DNA from: Macrostomum lignano
Lineage: Eukaryota
Assembly: GCA_002269645.1 (NCBI GenBank)
Contig: NIVC01000643.1
Location: 36,445-100,444 of the forward strand
Direction: 5' to 3'
DNA: 64,000 bases
Below are positions 1-11,752 of this stretch, one piece after another. The position numbers were made by a program, and so were the translations under genes. The notes under the pieces were generated by a model. That model worked only from the letters and a program-made list of their open reading frames with translations. It made no database searches and was not told where the DNA came from. Position 1 is the stretch's first letter. Each line of letters starts with the position of its first letter.

Positions 1-883
1 ACGGGGTCCTGGGCCGGCGAGCACAGCGGCAGCCGGGTGTAGTGCTGCGGGTTCACGCACAGCTCGGTCTGCGGGGGCGTTGGATGGGCTGTTTGTGCTC
101 TTTCAACTGAATTTTAATAAGTCAAATGTGCAATTTAAAAGGCTTGAAAGTGTTTCAGGATTAGGGGTAAGATAGAAAATAGGGAGAGATCGGCGGATAG
201 AGAGAGACTAGATACGGAGATAGGGAGAGAGTAGATAGGGAGATGGGAGACTCAAGAGAGTAGATAGGGAGATAGGGAGAGAGTAGATAGGGAGATAGGA
301 GACTCGAGAGAGTAGATAGGGAGATAGGGAGAGTAGATGGGAGATAGGGAGAGTAGATGACAGGAACATGAGCGGAACAGCAGTGTAGAAGATCAGCTGC
401 CAGTTGCCGCAGAGCTCAAGCAGCTGTAGAAGCCGCTCTGCTCACCTGAGTCCGGGCCGTGTAGGGCATCTGGCAGTTTTCAAGCGGCCGCAGCTCTTGA
501 GCGGACTGCAGGTCGGGCCAGCGCCACAGCCGGCAGGCGGTCACGTGACCAGGCTCCGGGTCGCCCTGAGCAACCGCAGCTGTGACGCATCCGGAATGCG
601 GGCTGGCCTCGCTAACCGCCCGCTCCAGGGCTTTCACCAGCTCTGGTCGGCGAAGCCGCTTCACCAGCTGCTTGACCAGCTTCTCGCCCGACACTGAGCC
701 GCTGCCGCTGGCATCGAGGCCCGGACTGACAGCGCCGGGCCGCACCAGGCTGACCAGCCGCTTCACCGAGGATGAATGGGGAGCGCCCCCGATTAGGCTG
801 GCTAGGGACTGCGGGAGTGGGTTGGCATTTTTGTTGTGAATGCTACTGACAGTAGCTAGATGGTTCATGTAGGTAAATATCAT
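1..883 (-). CDS. Smad: Smad family protein, N-terminal MH1 domain (partial gene; continues beyond the left edge)
   Basis: Exon 883(or 868)..446 encodes LVKQLVKRL..ALERAVS..GCVT..HVTACRLWRWPDLQSAQELRPLENC, ending at a CAG|GTGAGC donor. The intron spans 445..69 and ends in cccccgcag. The next exon, 68..<1, continues in phase 0 as TELCVNPQHYTRLPLCSPAQDP. CRLWRWPDL and C-x-NP-x-HY are MH1 hallmarks, and the Zn ligands C/C/C/H are present. Subfamily (inhibitory vs divergent receptor Smad) is unresolved. Confidence 0.9.
181..358. repeat. Purine-rich degenerate minisatellite in the Smad intron
   Basis: Repeated gggagatagggagagagtagat-type units lying between the two Smad exons. Confidence 0.75.
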
Positions 884-908
884 CAAAATCTATCATCAAG
901 TTATCCTC

Positions 909-3472
909 CAGTGAGCTGCTGCTGTCCTTGCCCTCTGATTCTTCAGTGAGCTGCTGCTGTCTCTGCCCTCTGATCCTTCAGTGAGCTGCTGCTGTCCTTG
1001 CCCTCTGATTCTTCAGTCAGCTGCTGCTGTCCCTGCCCTCTGATTCTTCAGTGAGCTGCTGCTGTCCCTGCCCTCTGATTCTTCAGTCAGCTGCTGCTGT
1101 CCCTGCCCTCTGATTCTTCAGTGAGCTGCTGCTGTCCCTGCCCTCTGATCCTTCAGTGAGCTGCTGCTGTCCCTGCCCTCTGATCCTTCAGTGAGCTGCT
1201 GCTGTCCTTGCCCTCTGATTTTTCAGTCAGCTGCTGCTGTCCCTGCCCTCTGATCCTTCAGTGAGCTGCTGCTGTCCCTGCCCTCTGATCCTTCAGTGAG
1301 CTGCTGCTGTCCCTGCCCTCTGATTCTTCAGTGAGCTGCTGCTGTCCTTGCCCTCTGATTCTTCAGTGAGCTGCTGCTGTCCCTGCCCTCTGATCCTTCA
1401 GTGAGCTGCTGCTGTCCCTGCCCTCTGATCCTTCAGTGAGCTGCTGTCCCTGCCCTCTGATTTTTCAGTGAGCTGCTGTCCCTGCCCTCTGATCCTTCAG
1501 TGAGCTGCTGCTGTCCCTGCCCTCTGATCCTTCAGTGAGCTGCTGTCCCTGCCCTCTGATCCTTCAGTGAGTTGCTGTCCCTGCCCTCTGATCCTTCAGT
1601 GAGCTGCTGTCCCTGACCTCTGATCCTTCAGTCAGCTGCTGTCCCTGCCCTCTGATCCTTCAGTGAGCTGCTGTCCCTGCCCTCTGATCCTTCAGTGAGC
1701 TGCTGTCCCTGCCCTCTGATCCTTCAGTCAGCTGCTGTCTCTGCCCTCTGATCCTTCATTGAGCTGCCGTCCCTGCCCTCTGATCCTTCAGTGAGCTGCC
1801 GTCCCTGCCCTCTGATCCTTCAGTGAGCTGCTGTCCCTGCCCTCTGATCCTTCAGTGAGCTGCTGTCCCTGCCCTCTGATCCTTCAGTGAGCTGCTGCTG
1901 TCCCTGCCCTCTGATCCTTCAGTCAGCTGCTGCTGTCCCTGCCCTCTGATCCTTCAGTGAGCTGCTGCTGTCCCTGCCCTCTGATCCTTCAGTGAGCTGC
2001 TGCTGTCCCTGCCCTCTGATTCTTCAGTGAGCTGCTGCTGTCCTTGCCCTCTGATCCTTCAGTGAGCTGCTGCTGTCCCTGCCCTCTGATCCTTCAGTGA
2101 GCTGCTGCTGTCCCTGCCCTCTGATCTCTCAGTGAGCTGCTGCTGTCCCTGCCCTCTGATTTCTCAGTGAGCTGCTGTCCCTGCCCTCTGATCCTTCAGT
2201 GAGCTGCTGTCCCTGCCCTCTGATCCTTCAGTGAGCTGCTGTCCCTGCCCTCTGATTTTTCAGTGAGCTGCTGTCCCTGCCCTCTGATCCTTCAGTGAGC
2301 TGCTGCTGTCCCTGCCCTCTGATCCTTCAGTGAGCTGCTGTCCCTGCCCTCTGATCCATCAGTGAGTTGCTGTCCCTGCCCTCTGATCCTTCAGTGAGCT
2401 GCTGTCCCTGACCTCTGATCCTTCAGTCAGCTGCTGTCCCTGCCCTCTGATCCTTCAGTGAGCTGCTGTCCCTGCCCTCTGATTTTTCAGTGAGCTGCTG
2501 GCCCTGCCCTCTGATCCTTCAGTCAGCTGCTGTCTCTGCCCTCTGATCCTTCATTGAGCTGCCGTCCCTGCCCTCTGATCCTTCAGTGAGCTGCCGTCCC
2601 TGCCCTCTGATCCTTCAGTGAGCTGCTGTCCCTGCCCTCTGATCCTTCAGTGAGCTGCTGTCCCTGCCCTCTGATCCTTCAGTGAGCTGCTGCTGTCCCT
2701 GCCCTCTGATTCTTCAGTGAGCTGCTGTCCCTGCCCTCTGATCCTTCAGTGAGCTGCTGCTGTCCCTGCCCTCTGATTTTTCAGTGAGCTGCTGTCCTTG
2801 CCCTCTGATCCTTCAGTGAGCTGCTGCTGTCCCTGCCCTCTGATCCTTCAGTGAGCTGCTGCTGTCCCTGCCCTCTGATCCTTCAGTGAGCTGCTGTCCC
2901 TGCCCTCTGATCCTTCAGTGAGCTGCTGTCCCTGCCCTCTGATCCTTCAGTGAGCTGCTGCTGTCCCTGCCCTCTGATCCTTCAGTGAGCTGCTGCTGTC
3001 CTTGCCCTCTGATTCTTCAGTCAGCTGCTGCTGTCCCTGCCCTCTGATCCTTCAGTGAGCTGCTGCTGTCCCTGCCCTCTGATCTCTCAGTGAGCTGCTG
3101 TCCCTGCCCTCTGATCCTTCAGTGAGCTGCTGTCCCTGCCCTCTGATCCTTCAGTGAGCTGCTGCTGTCCTTGCCCTCTGATTCTTCAGTCAGCTGCTGC
3201 TGTCCCTGCCCTCTGATCCTTCAGTGAGCTGCTGCTGTCCCTGCCCTCTGATCTCTCAGTGAGCTGCTGTCCCTGCCCTCTGATCCTTCAGTGAGCTGCT
3301 GTCCCTGCCCTCTGATCCTTCAGTGAGCTGCTGCTGTCCTTGCCCTCTGATTCTTCAGTCAGCTGCTGCTGTCCCTGCCCTCTGATTCTTCAGTGAGCTG
3401 CTGCTGTCCCTGCCCTCTGATCCTTCAGTGAGCTGCTGCTGTCCTTGCCCTCTGATCCTTCAGTGAGCTGCT
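909..3472. repeat. 35/32-bp minisatellite (about 75 copies)
   Basis: Unit gtgagctgctgctgtccctgccctctgatccttca (35 bp), plus a 32-bp variant lacking one ctg. No spacers between units. Confidence 0.95.
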
Positions 3473-3686
3473 CTGGAGTCTGTATGGCGTTTTTCCTGTT
3501 AATAGAGGCCGCCTTTCTCTACACTCTGACATAAAAGACGCGAAAAATGTGTTTTACACTATGTTAAAAATACCAATGCCAAAACAAAGCAGCGAGGACA
3601 TTGTCAAGGTTTGACATGACTAGTTTAAACTTTGAATCTGCAAACCTTCAATGTGCCAGTGCAACAAGGAACTGAATTGCTACTTC

Positions 3687-5036
3687 GGGAATACGAGATT
3701 TGCTAGCAGGAAATCTGCTAGCCGAAGTTTGCTAGCGAGAAATTTGCTTGCCGAAATCTGCTAGCCAAAATCTGCTAGCCGAAGTTTGCTAGCCGAAGTT
3801 TGCTAGCCGAAGTTTGCTAGCCGAAATTTGCTAGCCGAAATCTGCTAGCCGAAATCTGCTAGCCGAAATTTGCTAGCCGAAATTTGCTAGCCGAAGTTTG
3901 CTAGCCGAAGTTTGCTAGCAGGAATTTTTCTGGCCGAAAGTTGCTAGCAGGAATTTTGGTAGCGAGGATTTAGCTAGCCGAAATCTGCTAGCGAGAATCC
4001 AATCAAAACCGGCAAGCAGCAATTTGGCTAGCCGAACTCAGGAAGTAGTAATTAGCTAGAGACAATTTGCTTGTCCAGTTTCGCAAGAATTTCACTAAAT
4101 CCTCTATAGCGTCGCTCCACTTTTACCAATCCTCTTCAAATTGGACAAAATCCAATTTTCAACTATTTTGACACAATCGTGTATAAAGTTTCGAGTCTCG
4201 AAGTTAATTCCTAACGGCACTGTGTACTTTTAAAGTTAGTCTGCTTTTCGTCATCGAGACAGCCACCCCAACCTCCGCCTCTCTCTCCTTCCTGACCACT
4301 GGACAGATGTGTGAAAGGGGTTTAAAATTAACTAACTTTCAGCTGCCATAAGTTTGCTCCACGTACAGCGATTGACTTCAAACTTGATACAATTCTTCAT
4401 TGACTCATTCTCTGTCTAAATATAGTCTTAACTTTGTACCTCAGTTAGAACAGAAACTGTAGGCATGTGAAGTTTGTCTGCTTTTTCTGTTGTTTGTGCT
4501 ACTGCACTCACTCATTCCCCCAGACCAAGGATCAGGTGATAGGGCTCAATGTACATAGCAAATGTACAGTGTTTTGGAATAATTCTTTTTATAGCCTTTT
4601 CTGCTAACGTTTAGCCATGACAGTTTAGTAAGGAATTCAAATACTGTCCCTAACTACGAGCTATCTGATTGCGACTTGAGAGTATTCTGTCCCCCACAAT
4701 GACAAACTGACTTTCCAAGCACTTGAACTGATCCTGATGCTTTTAGTTATAAAATATTTGGGATTTTTACCCACTTCTCTGGATTCTTTTAGCTAAAACA
4801 ATGCATTGCCATTGCCAGAAAACAAGCAATCTTTTGACGCCGGTTGCAAAAAGTTCGGTCAGCAAATTCCTGCTAGCAGATTTCGGCTAACTAAATCCTC
4901 GCTAGCAAAATTCCTGCTAGCAAGCTTCGGCTAGCAGATTTCGGCAAGCAAACTTCGGCTAGCAGATTTCGGCAAGCAAATTTCTCGCTAGCGAACTTCG
5001 GCTAGCAGATTTCCTGCTAGCAAATTTCATAGACCC
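3687..5036. mobile_element. Non-autonomous foldback/MULE-like DNA transposon (1350 bp) with tandem-repeat TIRs
   Basis: The left end reads gggaatacgagatttgctagcaggaaatctgctagccgaag, and the reverse complement of the right end reads gggtctatgaaatttgctagcaggaaatctgctagccgaag. Both arms are arrays of a 14-15-bp unit (tttgctagccgaag). An 8-bp direct repeat, gctacttc, flanks it at 3679-3686 and 5037-5044 (TSD). Confidence 0.88.
4090..4600 (+). repeat. Dispersed repeat fragment homologous to 34653-35165, inside the foldback element
   Basis: Collinear similarity over about 500 bp. Shared stretches include ttcactaaatcct, aattttcaactattttgacacaatcgtgta, cagccaccccaacctccgcc, gcatgtgaagtttgtctgcttt and gatagggctcaatgtacatagc. 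Confidence 0.85.
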
Positions 5037-7283
5037 GCTACTTCAGCTGCTCTAGTTAGTTCTCATTTCCGGGTGAACTGAGTGGGGCTGTGCTGTGCCT
5101 GCCCGCACTCTGGGCTGGGTTTGAGTGAGCTGGGGGGCTGCTGGAGTCATTGGGTGCGAACTGCATTTGCCCCCCCCCCTCCGCCAGTCTGCCTGCAATC
5201 TGAGCGATGACAGCAGGGCCTGAATGGCTTGCTTTAACTTGCCACTAGAATGATCTGCATATGTTGCTAATAATATATGACTGTCTTTAAATGGTGCTAG
5301 AATACACATATATCTTTCTCATACACCTTAAGGGTTTTCCTAGGCCCTAGATTAACATAGTCAAATAAATGCATAAGACCCATAATGTGATATAGTTACT
5401 AATTCTTATGGTTTGTCTAGGCAATGAAGGCTGGAATTAATAGTGCATTCCATAGAACTATGACTATTGATAAGTGATGGAAATAAATTGCAATATGAAA
5501 TACGCAGCTCATTAATGAACTACTTATATATAAACCTCATTCTTATATCTTAATCTACATACAGGCATCAAAGAAATGCATGCATAAAAATGACTATTTA
5601 CAAGTTACTCTGTGCTAGAAGGCTAGACAGTCTGTATACTCCTAGCCTTTTTACTTCTACCTCAAGTGTCTATTATGCCTATCTATTGTAATGGCTATAG
5701 TAAGAAAGGTCAGAGTTTGCTAACACAAAAGGTGAAGCCTTACTAGGTGGGCTGATAAATATTTATTTATTTTGACTATGGATAAAATCACACCACCTGA
5801 GTGGGGGTAGAGAATTGCCACACTTGAAGTGCATGGATTTGTACATAATGTACACAAGGCCAATATACATATAAGTTGGGCTTGTGCGAGCACTACATCT
5901 ATAAAATTATTAATATAGAGCCTAAGACACAATATACAGCCTAACAAAGAGCTGGGGCATTTATACTTATTGAATACATTAATAAATACTATGAGTAAAA
6001 CATCAAGATTGCCTTGTTAAATCTGATCACTAAATATACAATTACAATTAAAAACAAAAGCTAGGCCTAGACAAAGGCTGAGATACCATATACTTGACAA
6101 AGAAAGAAATAACCCTAAATACCAGATTGCAAAATTGAATTCTACCAACTTAAATCAAAAATATAAATTATATAAGCCCAGTTAGGGCTGACACACTATA
6201 GTCTAGACAATAGACATATCATTATCAAGTAAGTAAATGGCCTAAGTGAAATATCAAGATATAGATTAAAACTATAAGAGCCATGCCTATGCCTTATATT
6301 ATATAGCATAGTTGACAATCAGTTGCAAAAAATACAAAAGCATTGTTGCAATTGCTACTTGTTTATTTTTGTATTAACATGTAATTGTCTCATACTTAAG
6401 TTGCTAGTTGCATAGGCCTTACCTGTCACATTTGTTTTTTTTCTTTGGATCAGGGTAATCAATCACATAGCCAGGAGGGAGGCAGCAAAGACCTAGCCTG
6501 CTTTCAAAATTCTAAAGAAAAGGTTTCTTTTTCCCATGAAAATTTATACAAAAAATCTAGGCCATTTTGTAGAATTATTTGTTAAACTTATGGTATGCAT
6601 GTTTTTTAGCTATTGACATAAAATTCAAAAAATTAATGATGCCAACATTTTAGAAATGTTTTGGCATTAAAATATTGACATATTTGTTAGTTTAAGGGCT
6701 AGGCAAACCTTTTGAGGTAGCATAATCTATGTTGGGGCAGGTTGTCCACCAGCCATTTTTAAGTGGAAAGCACTTTATTTGCAATATTTGCAGCTGTCAT
6801 GGGCAAAGAGTAATAGGGCTATCTGGCCTTAGAAGTTGCGATCCATGCAGTTTGCACATAACTCTGCACTAAATAAGATAACTAGGTTCAGTCTACACAA
6901 GATTTTGTTTAGTACCCTAGCCTTTTAGCTGGAAAACATCTTGATGCAGCAATTGATAGGAAAGGAGAAGAGAAGGAAGGCACCCATATGTAGCAACACG
7001 GTCGTGCTCTGCAAATTGTGCTCCCAAATTAAAGTTGCCTATTTTGTGCTCTGGCAGATTATGAAGGCCTAGTCTGATAGGCATGAGTACCAAAAAGCTA
7101 CAGCAAAGCCCTTTGCTTTGGGGCAATTGGTTTGAAAGAAGCTCAGCAGCATGAAAAGGGTTCATACATGCGCAACCTCCAAAATTTGGCCAGCCATGTG
7201 ACTTAGTTTTAACAAAAATGCAACATAGTTTTTGGCCAAAAATGCAACTTACATGTAAAAGAATTCAAAATTAACGCAACTTT

Positions 7284-7347
7284 GGGTAAACGGCAGGAGT
7301 AACTATGACTGGCTTATTAAGGCAAAATGCCTCATCATCTACTTAGT
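7284..7347 (+). pseudogene. 64-nt 28S rRNA-derived fragment (helix 69-71 region), not an rRNA gene
   Basis: gggtaaacggcaggagtaactatgact matches the conserved eukaryotic LSU sequence GGGTAAACGGCGGGAGTAACTATGACT at 26/27. aaatgcctcatcatctacttagt matches AAATGCCTCGTCATCTAATTAGT at 21/23. The 14 nt between them (ggcttattaaggca) replace CTCTTAAGGTAGCC. The reference sequence was recalled from memory, not retrieved. Confidence 0.85.
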
Positions 7348-8512
7348 ACTACTTTGGTATTTATTTGGGTGGGCATTTTTGCAAAATACATTTGTTGGCC
7401 ACCAAATCAGTCGACCAGATCGGCCAACTCAGCTAACTGTTGCACATGTATGAGGGGGTATATAGGAGAAAAGCTTGCTATGTTCAAGTCAAAGAGCAAA
7501 TACTGGGTAGTAAGCTGGAATGGGTGGACATATTGTTTCACACTAAAGGGAGGTGCTGCAATTATATTCTAGCACCACAACTGCTTGGAGCAGGCACCAG
7601 AGAGCAGTTGGTTTCATTGACAAAGTTGATAGTACCGGAAGTGGGTCAAAAAGGGGAGGCTACATAGGAATATGTACCAAGCTTGGACATAGACACAAGT
7701 AATTTTGAAACAGATGAGGATCTAGGGACACTTGTACAATGAGAATTGCTAAGACACCCTCCTTTTTATGGTATATAAAGGGGTGGATTTTGGCTATCTT
7801 GCAGAATCATTAATTAAACTCACAATATAGGCCTACAAATTTTAAGCTATTGACATGAAACTTTTCAAAAATGAATATTTTCATAATTGCCAACATTTTA
7901 GAAAGGGTTTGGCATTAAAATTCTATTGTAAAGGTTACAATATAGGTCTAACTTTTATTGCAATTTTTAAGTTTTACAGAATTTTAATGACTATTAACAA
8001 TTATGCAATTATGAATTTGTATGCTGATGTCACTGGCAAAAATGTGTATATGGCCAAAATTAGTTACAAACTTAGGGGCTCTAAGGAGAAGGGTTTGGGG
8101 TTAGAAAAAATTTCATTGCTAAGCTGTGTGAAGACTAAAAAAATACAGAAATTGTCAATCTTAGCAAAAGTGCTAGCTTACAAGCCAAGACATGTATATT
8201 TATCTTATTTACTATTTGTGACAACCCTCTGTAATATATATGCGCCACCTAGAGATACATTGCATATACCATAGTCTGGATCATGGCAGGCATATGCTAG
8301 AATAAAAAGTCATGTTTTTTTTCAATTTTATGATGACGCTAAATTAAAAAAAAGTTATGCCTAGCCAAGAGTTGCTTGTATGCCAATTGTTTTAAAGAAT
8401 ATATATATTTATAAATAAAACAGTTTTTTTACCATGATGGTTTTTTGCTGAAAACTAATATTCTTTGTTTTAAATTTGTTTTTCTTGTAAATTTTGTAAA
8501 TATTTATTTTTT

Positions 8513-9726
8513 ATTTTAGTTTCTAGATATTTTAGGAGCTTTTATTGGTTGATATTTAACTACACAATTACATTAGCTCTCACAAGATGTCTATTCTTTG
8601 TAAACCAACTGTGTATACTTTATGTTGAACCTAAAAATTCTATATGCTAAGTGTATGCCAAGATTGTCAATGAGAACAAAAATATACCAGAATTTTTCTA
8701 TGTAAAGGCCACCTTCCAAACTTATTATGGCCTTTTTAGATTTTTGGCAAAGCTAATAGATTGGCAAACAATATTAGCTACTTCAAATAAACCCAATCAG
8801 GACCCATAGTCAAGAAAATGGCCTTTTTCATAGAAAATTCCAGCACAAAAGGGGGTTGGACATGCACTGCGCCGGCATATTCTAGCACAAAAGCAGGCAA
8901 AAGAGAAAAATCTGGCACAATATGACACAAGACAAAAAAATTGGCACAATTTAGTGCAAGAAAAAACTTCTAATGAGACAATATTTTCTCTGATAGCAAA
9001 TTAACATATATAATTTCTTGTAATTAGCACTTTTTCTTTGCTGGTGTATTGATAGCTTTTTAATTAAATCACGTTAATATTGCATTTTCTATGAAACATA
9101 TTCAAACACAAGTTTTACTAGTGTTTTTCAAATAGAAAATAACTGATTTTTGTATTTTTTTCAAAAAGTTGTGGTACATAATGTGAATAAACTTTTTTGA
9201 TAAGAATAGTTCTGGCCCATGGCGCAAGCAAACTTTTTTGATAAGATTTGTTCTGGCGCATGGCGCAATCAAACTTTTTAATAGGATTCATTCTGGCACA
9301 GGTATGCCATGATTCTGACTAGGCCTATAGATCAAGACCAAGCACTTTTTTAGCATTAGATATTGATTAATAATAACTGAATTGCCCTGTTTTGGTGATG
9401 CCTTGGCAACGCAAGGGTATAATACTAACATGAAAGTTTGAGTTTTTTTTAGGGGAGGAGTATCATTAGACCTAGCAGAAAATATTAGGGCATAGCATAT
9501 GCTCTATAGGCATAGTCTAGGTGGCCTTCCCTTTACGCCAGAAAATTCTGGTATATTTTTGCTCTCACTGACAATCTTGGCATACACTTGGCGTATAGAA
9601 CTTTCAGGTTCAACATGAAGTATACACAGTTGGCGTACAAAAAATAGACATCATGTGAGGGCTAATATAATTGTGTAGTTAAATATCAACCAGTAAAAGC
9701 TCTTAAAAATAATCAAAAACTAAAAT
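8513..9726. mobile_element. Degenerate MITE-like element with ~200-bp inverted repeats
   Basis: 8513-8715 is an imperfect reverse complement of 9525-9726; shared stretches include ggttgatatttaactacacaatta, ccaactgtgtatactt and aagtgtatgccaagattgtca. Three ~41-bp internal repeats lie at 9190-9300. No TSD could be identified. Confidence 0.6.
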
Positions 9727-11752
9727 TATGCCATATATGGCATAGCTAGCTATACTCCTATTATAGCTTTTGTTTTAAAAAATATCAATATAAAATAGGC
9801 CTAAGATATTGAAGTAGAAATGGTTGGAGGAAATCAGATTCTCAGGTGGGTGGAGAAAGTGGAAAAAGGAAAAACCATTGAAAATGTATAACGAACGATT
9901 CGAGAATGCCGTAGCCTCTAGCTAAAACCACGTACAAAAGCATGTACTTTAAAAAACCGTATATACACTTAGTTAACATGCAAGGCATTAAAAGTAAGCC
10001 CATGTAGAAAATAAATCACGTAAGTCTTAAAGCTTTAAAGCATGTTTAGGCTAATTTCTATTAAAAAAACACAATAATACTCTTTTCGAACCTAAACAAT
10101 GATTCACATGCTTTAGACTGGAAACTAAGGCAGTTGAGAAAAAGGTAAAATTTAAATGCAAAGAGTTTTTTGCTTTTTATGACTTAGCATATTAAGTTTA
10201 TATATGTTTTCTTTTTCGTTATGTTAAGGCCCTTGGGGTTTTAAAACCGGAGATATCTAGATTTTTTGGACCCAAAAATTTTAAATCTATAAAGTAGAGT
10301 AAAACTGATTTATCAAACGAAAAATGTAAGTCTCTTACAGTATTATACATCAAACGCATTTTTACTCTAAACACATTAAACTTACTCGACATGTATTGGA
10401 GTCCACAATAAAATTTGGCACGCTATATTTATAGATAAAATGTTTACATGTACATGCATACTTTAGTGTTTCTGCACTTCAAATGGTCGCAGTCGACACA
10501 GAGGAAGATGAAATTCTAGAGGAATATGAAGAGAGTTTTATCAGCAGCGGTAGACGCATCGGGTACCCGTTCATTCGGTGCGGGGTACGTATGCCAAGAT
10601 GAGCAACAAAAAAGTGAGCTGGTATTATATATGTGCCCATGGAGCGAGGAGATAGTGTTGTGCATATTTCGAGGTTTTTGAACGTAAAGATAGAAGAGTG
10701 TGTATGCTTAAGAACTGACTAAACGCTGCAAACGACTGCGTTGAGGAGATCAAACATCAAAGCTATAAGGCTATCATAGTTCGTGCAATTGCATGCTTCT
10801 CCGGAGTCGCTGGGATGCCAGCCCACTGTTAACATTGGAGTTGCATTGGAGCATTCAGTCGCTGGCCTGCGGGTCGAAGGGATCGAGGAATGCTGACTTA
10901 CCGGTCACACAGAACATGCTAAAGAATAAGGCACGTTGACAATAATTTGCGCAGTGGTTGCTTGACTTGCCTCTGGATAATTGTTAATTTATCTACATGT
11001 ACAATTAAGCACATGTATTGTACAATGATGATCAGACGGGGTTCAGCATATGGATCGGACATGATCGTCTCTTGGGCGTGAATGTCATCTCCAGGCCATC
11101 TCACACTGCCTCGTGCCTGCGGTTGCACCACAAGATTTTGGCCAAACGCTAACTATACAAATGTGTTCTAGGATTTCATCAAAGAGTTTACTTACATGTA
11201 TCACTGTAAACACCTGTGAGGACATCGAGAATAGATGTATAATCAATTCTGCAGTTAAAATTGGACGACGGCGTATGCTCGATTCCACAACCGGCGTGAG
11301 GGTCCCGGAACAATTTGAAGCTAAGCTGGCACTTCTAATCGATTATTTAATTCCATGCTTGCACTTTCTGTTCGTTTCAAAATGTTGTACTAACCATGCA
11401 TAGATCTTATATTCACTAGATAGGCCACTTTGTATTGCGGCAATAAGGAAAGTTCGACCGCTGTTTTTCGTCACTTTTGCGAAAAAAAAGCCGACATGGG
11501 TGGCTTAAACTTTGAGTTCAGTAGCTTAGTCCCTATTTTTGAGAATTTGATAGACTTCTCGCGAATTAAATAAAAAGCTACTCCATCAAACTAAAGAAAG
11601 ATGCATGCACTGCAGAGACTACTGACGAAATTGCGTTCAGTAGTTGATTTTCGCGCTGTCGCGAGCTGCAATTTTTTTACATTAGGTTGATTCTATGGCC
11701 ACATAAGTGGTTAATGAGTGGCCCATCTTGTGTATATATTTGATCTTTGGTA

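Noticed and set aside
909-3472. 35-bp repeat array as a CRISPR array
   Set aside because: Units are directly adjacent with no unique spacers, there are no cas genes, and the context is eukaryotic with spliceosomal introns.
5720-8274. Short ORFs in the AT-rich block as transposase or endonuclease relics
   Set aside because: No DDE, reverse transcriptase, His-Cys box or helicase motifs could be recognised by eye.
10480-11400. Possible small exons (MVAVDTEEDEILEEYEE..; a 17-nt micro-exon on the minus strand at about 10903-10920)
   Set aside because: Splice-like motifs exist, but I could not join them into an open frame or recognise a protein.
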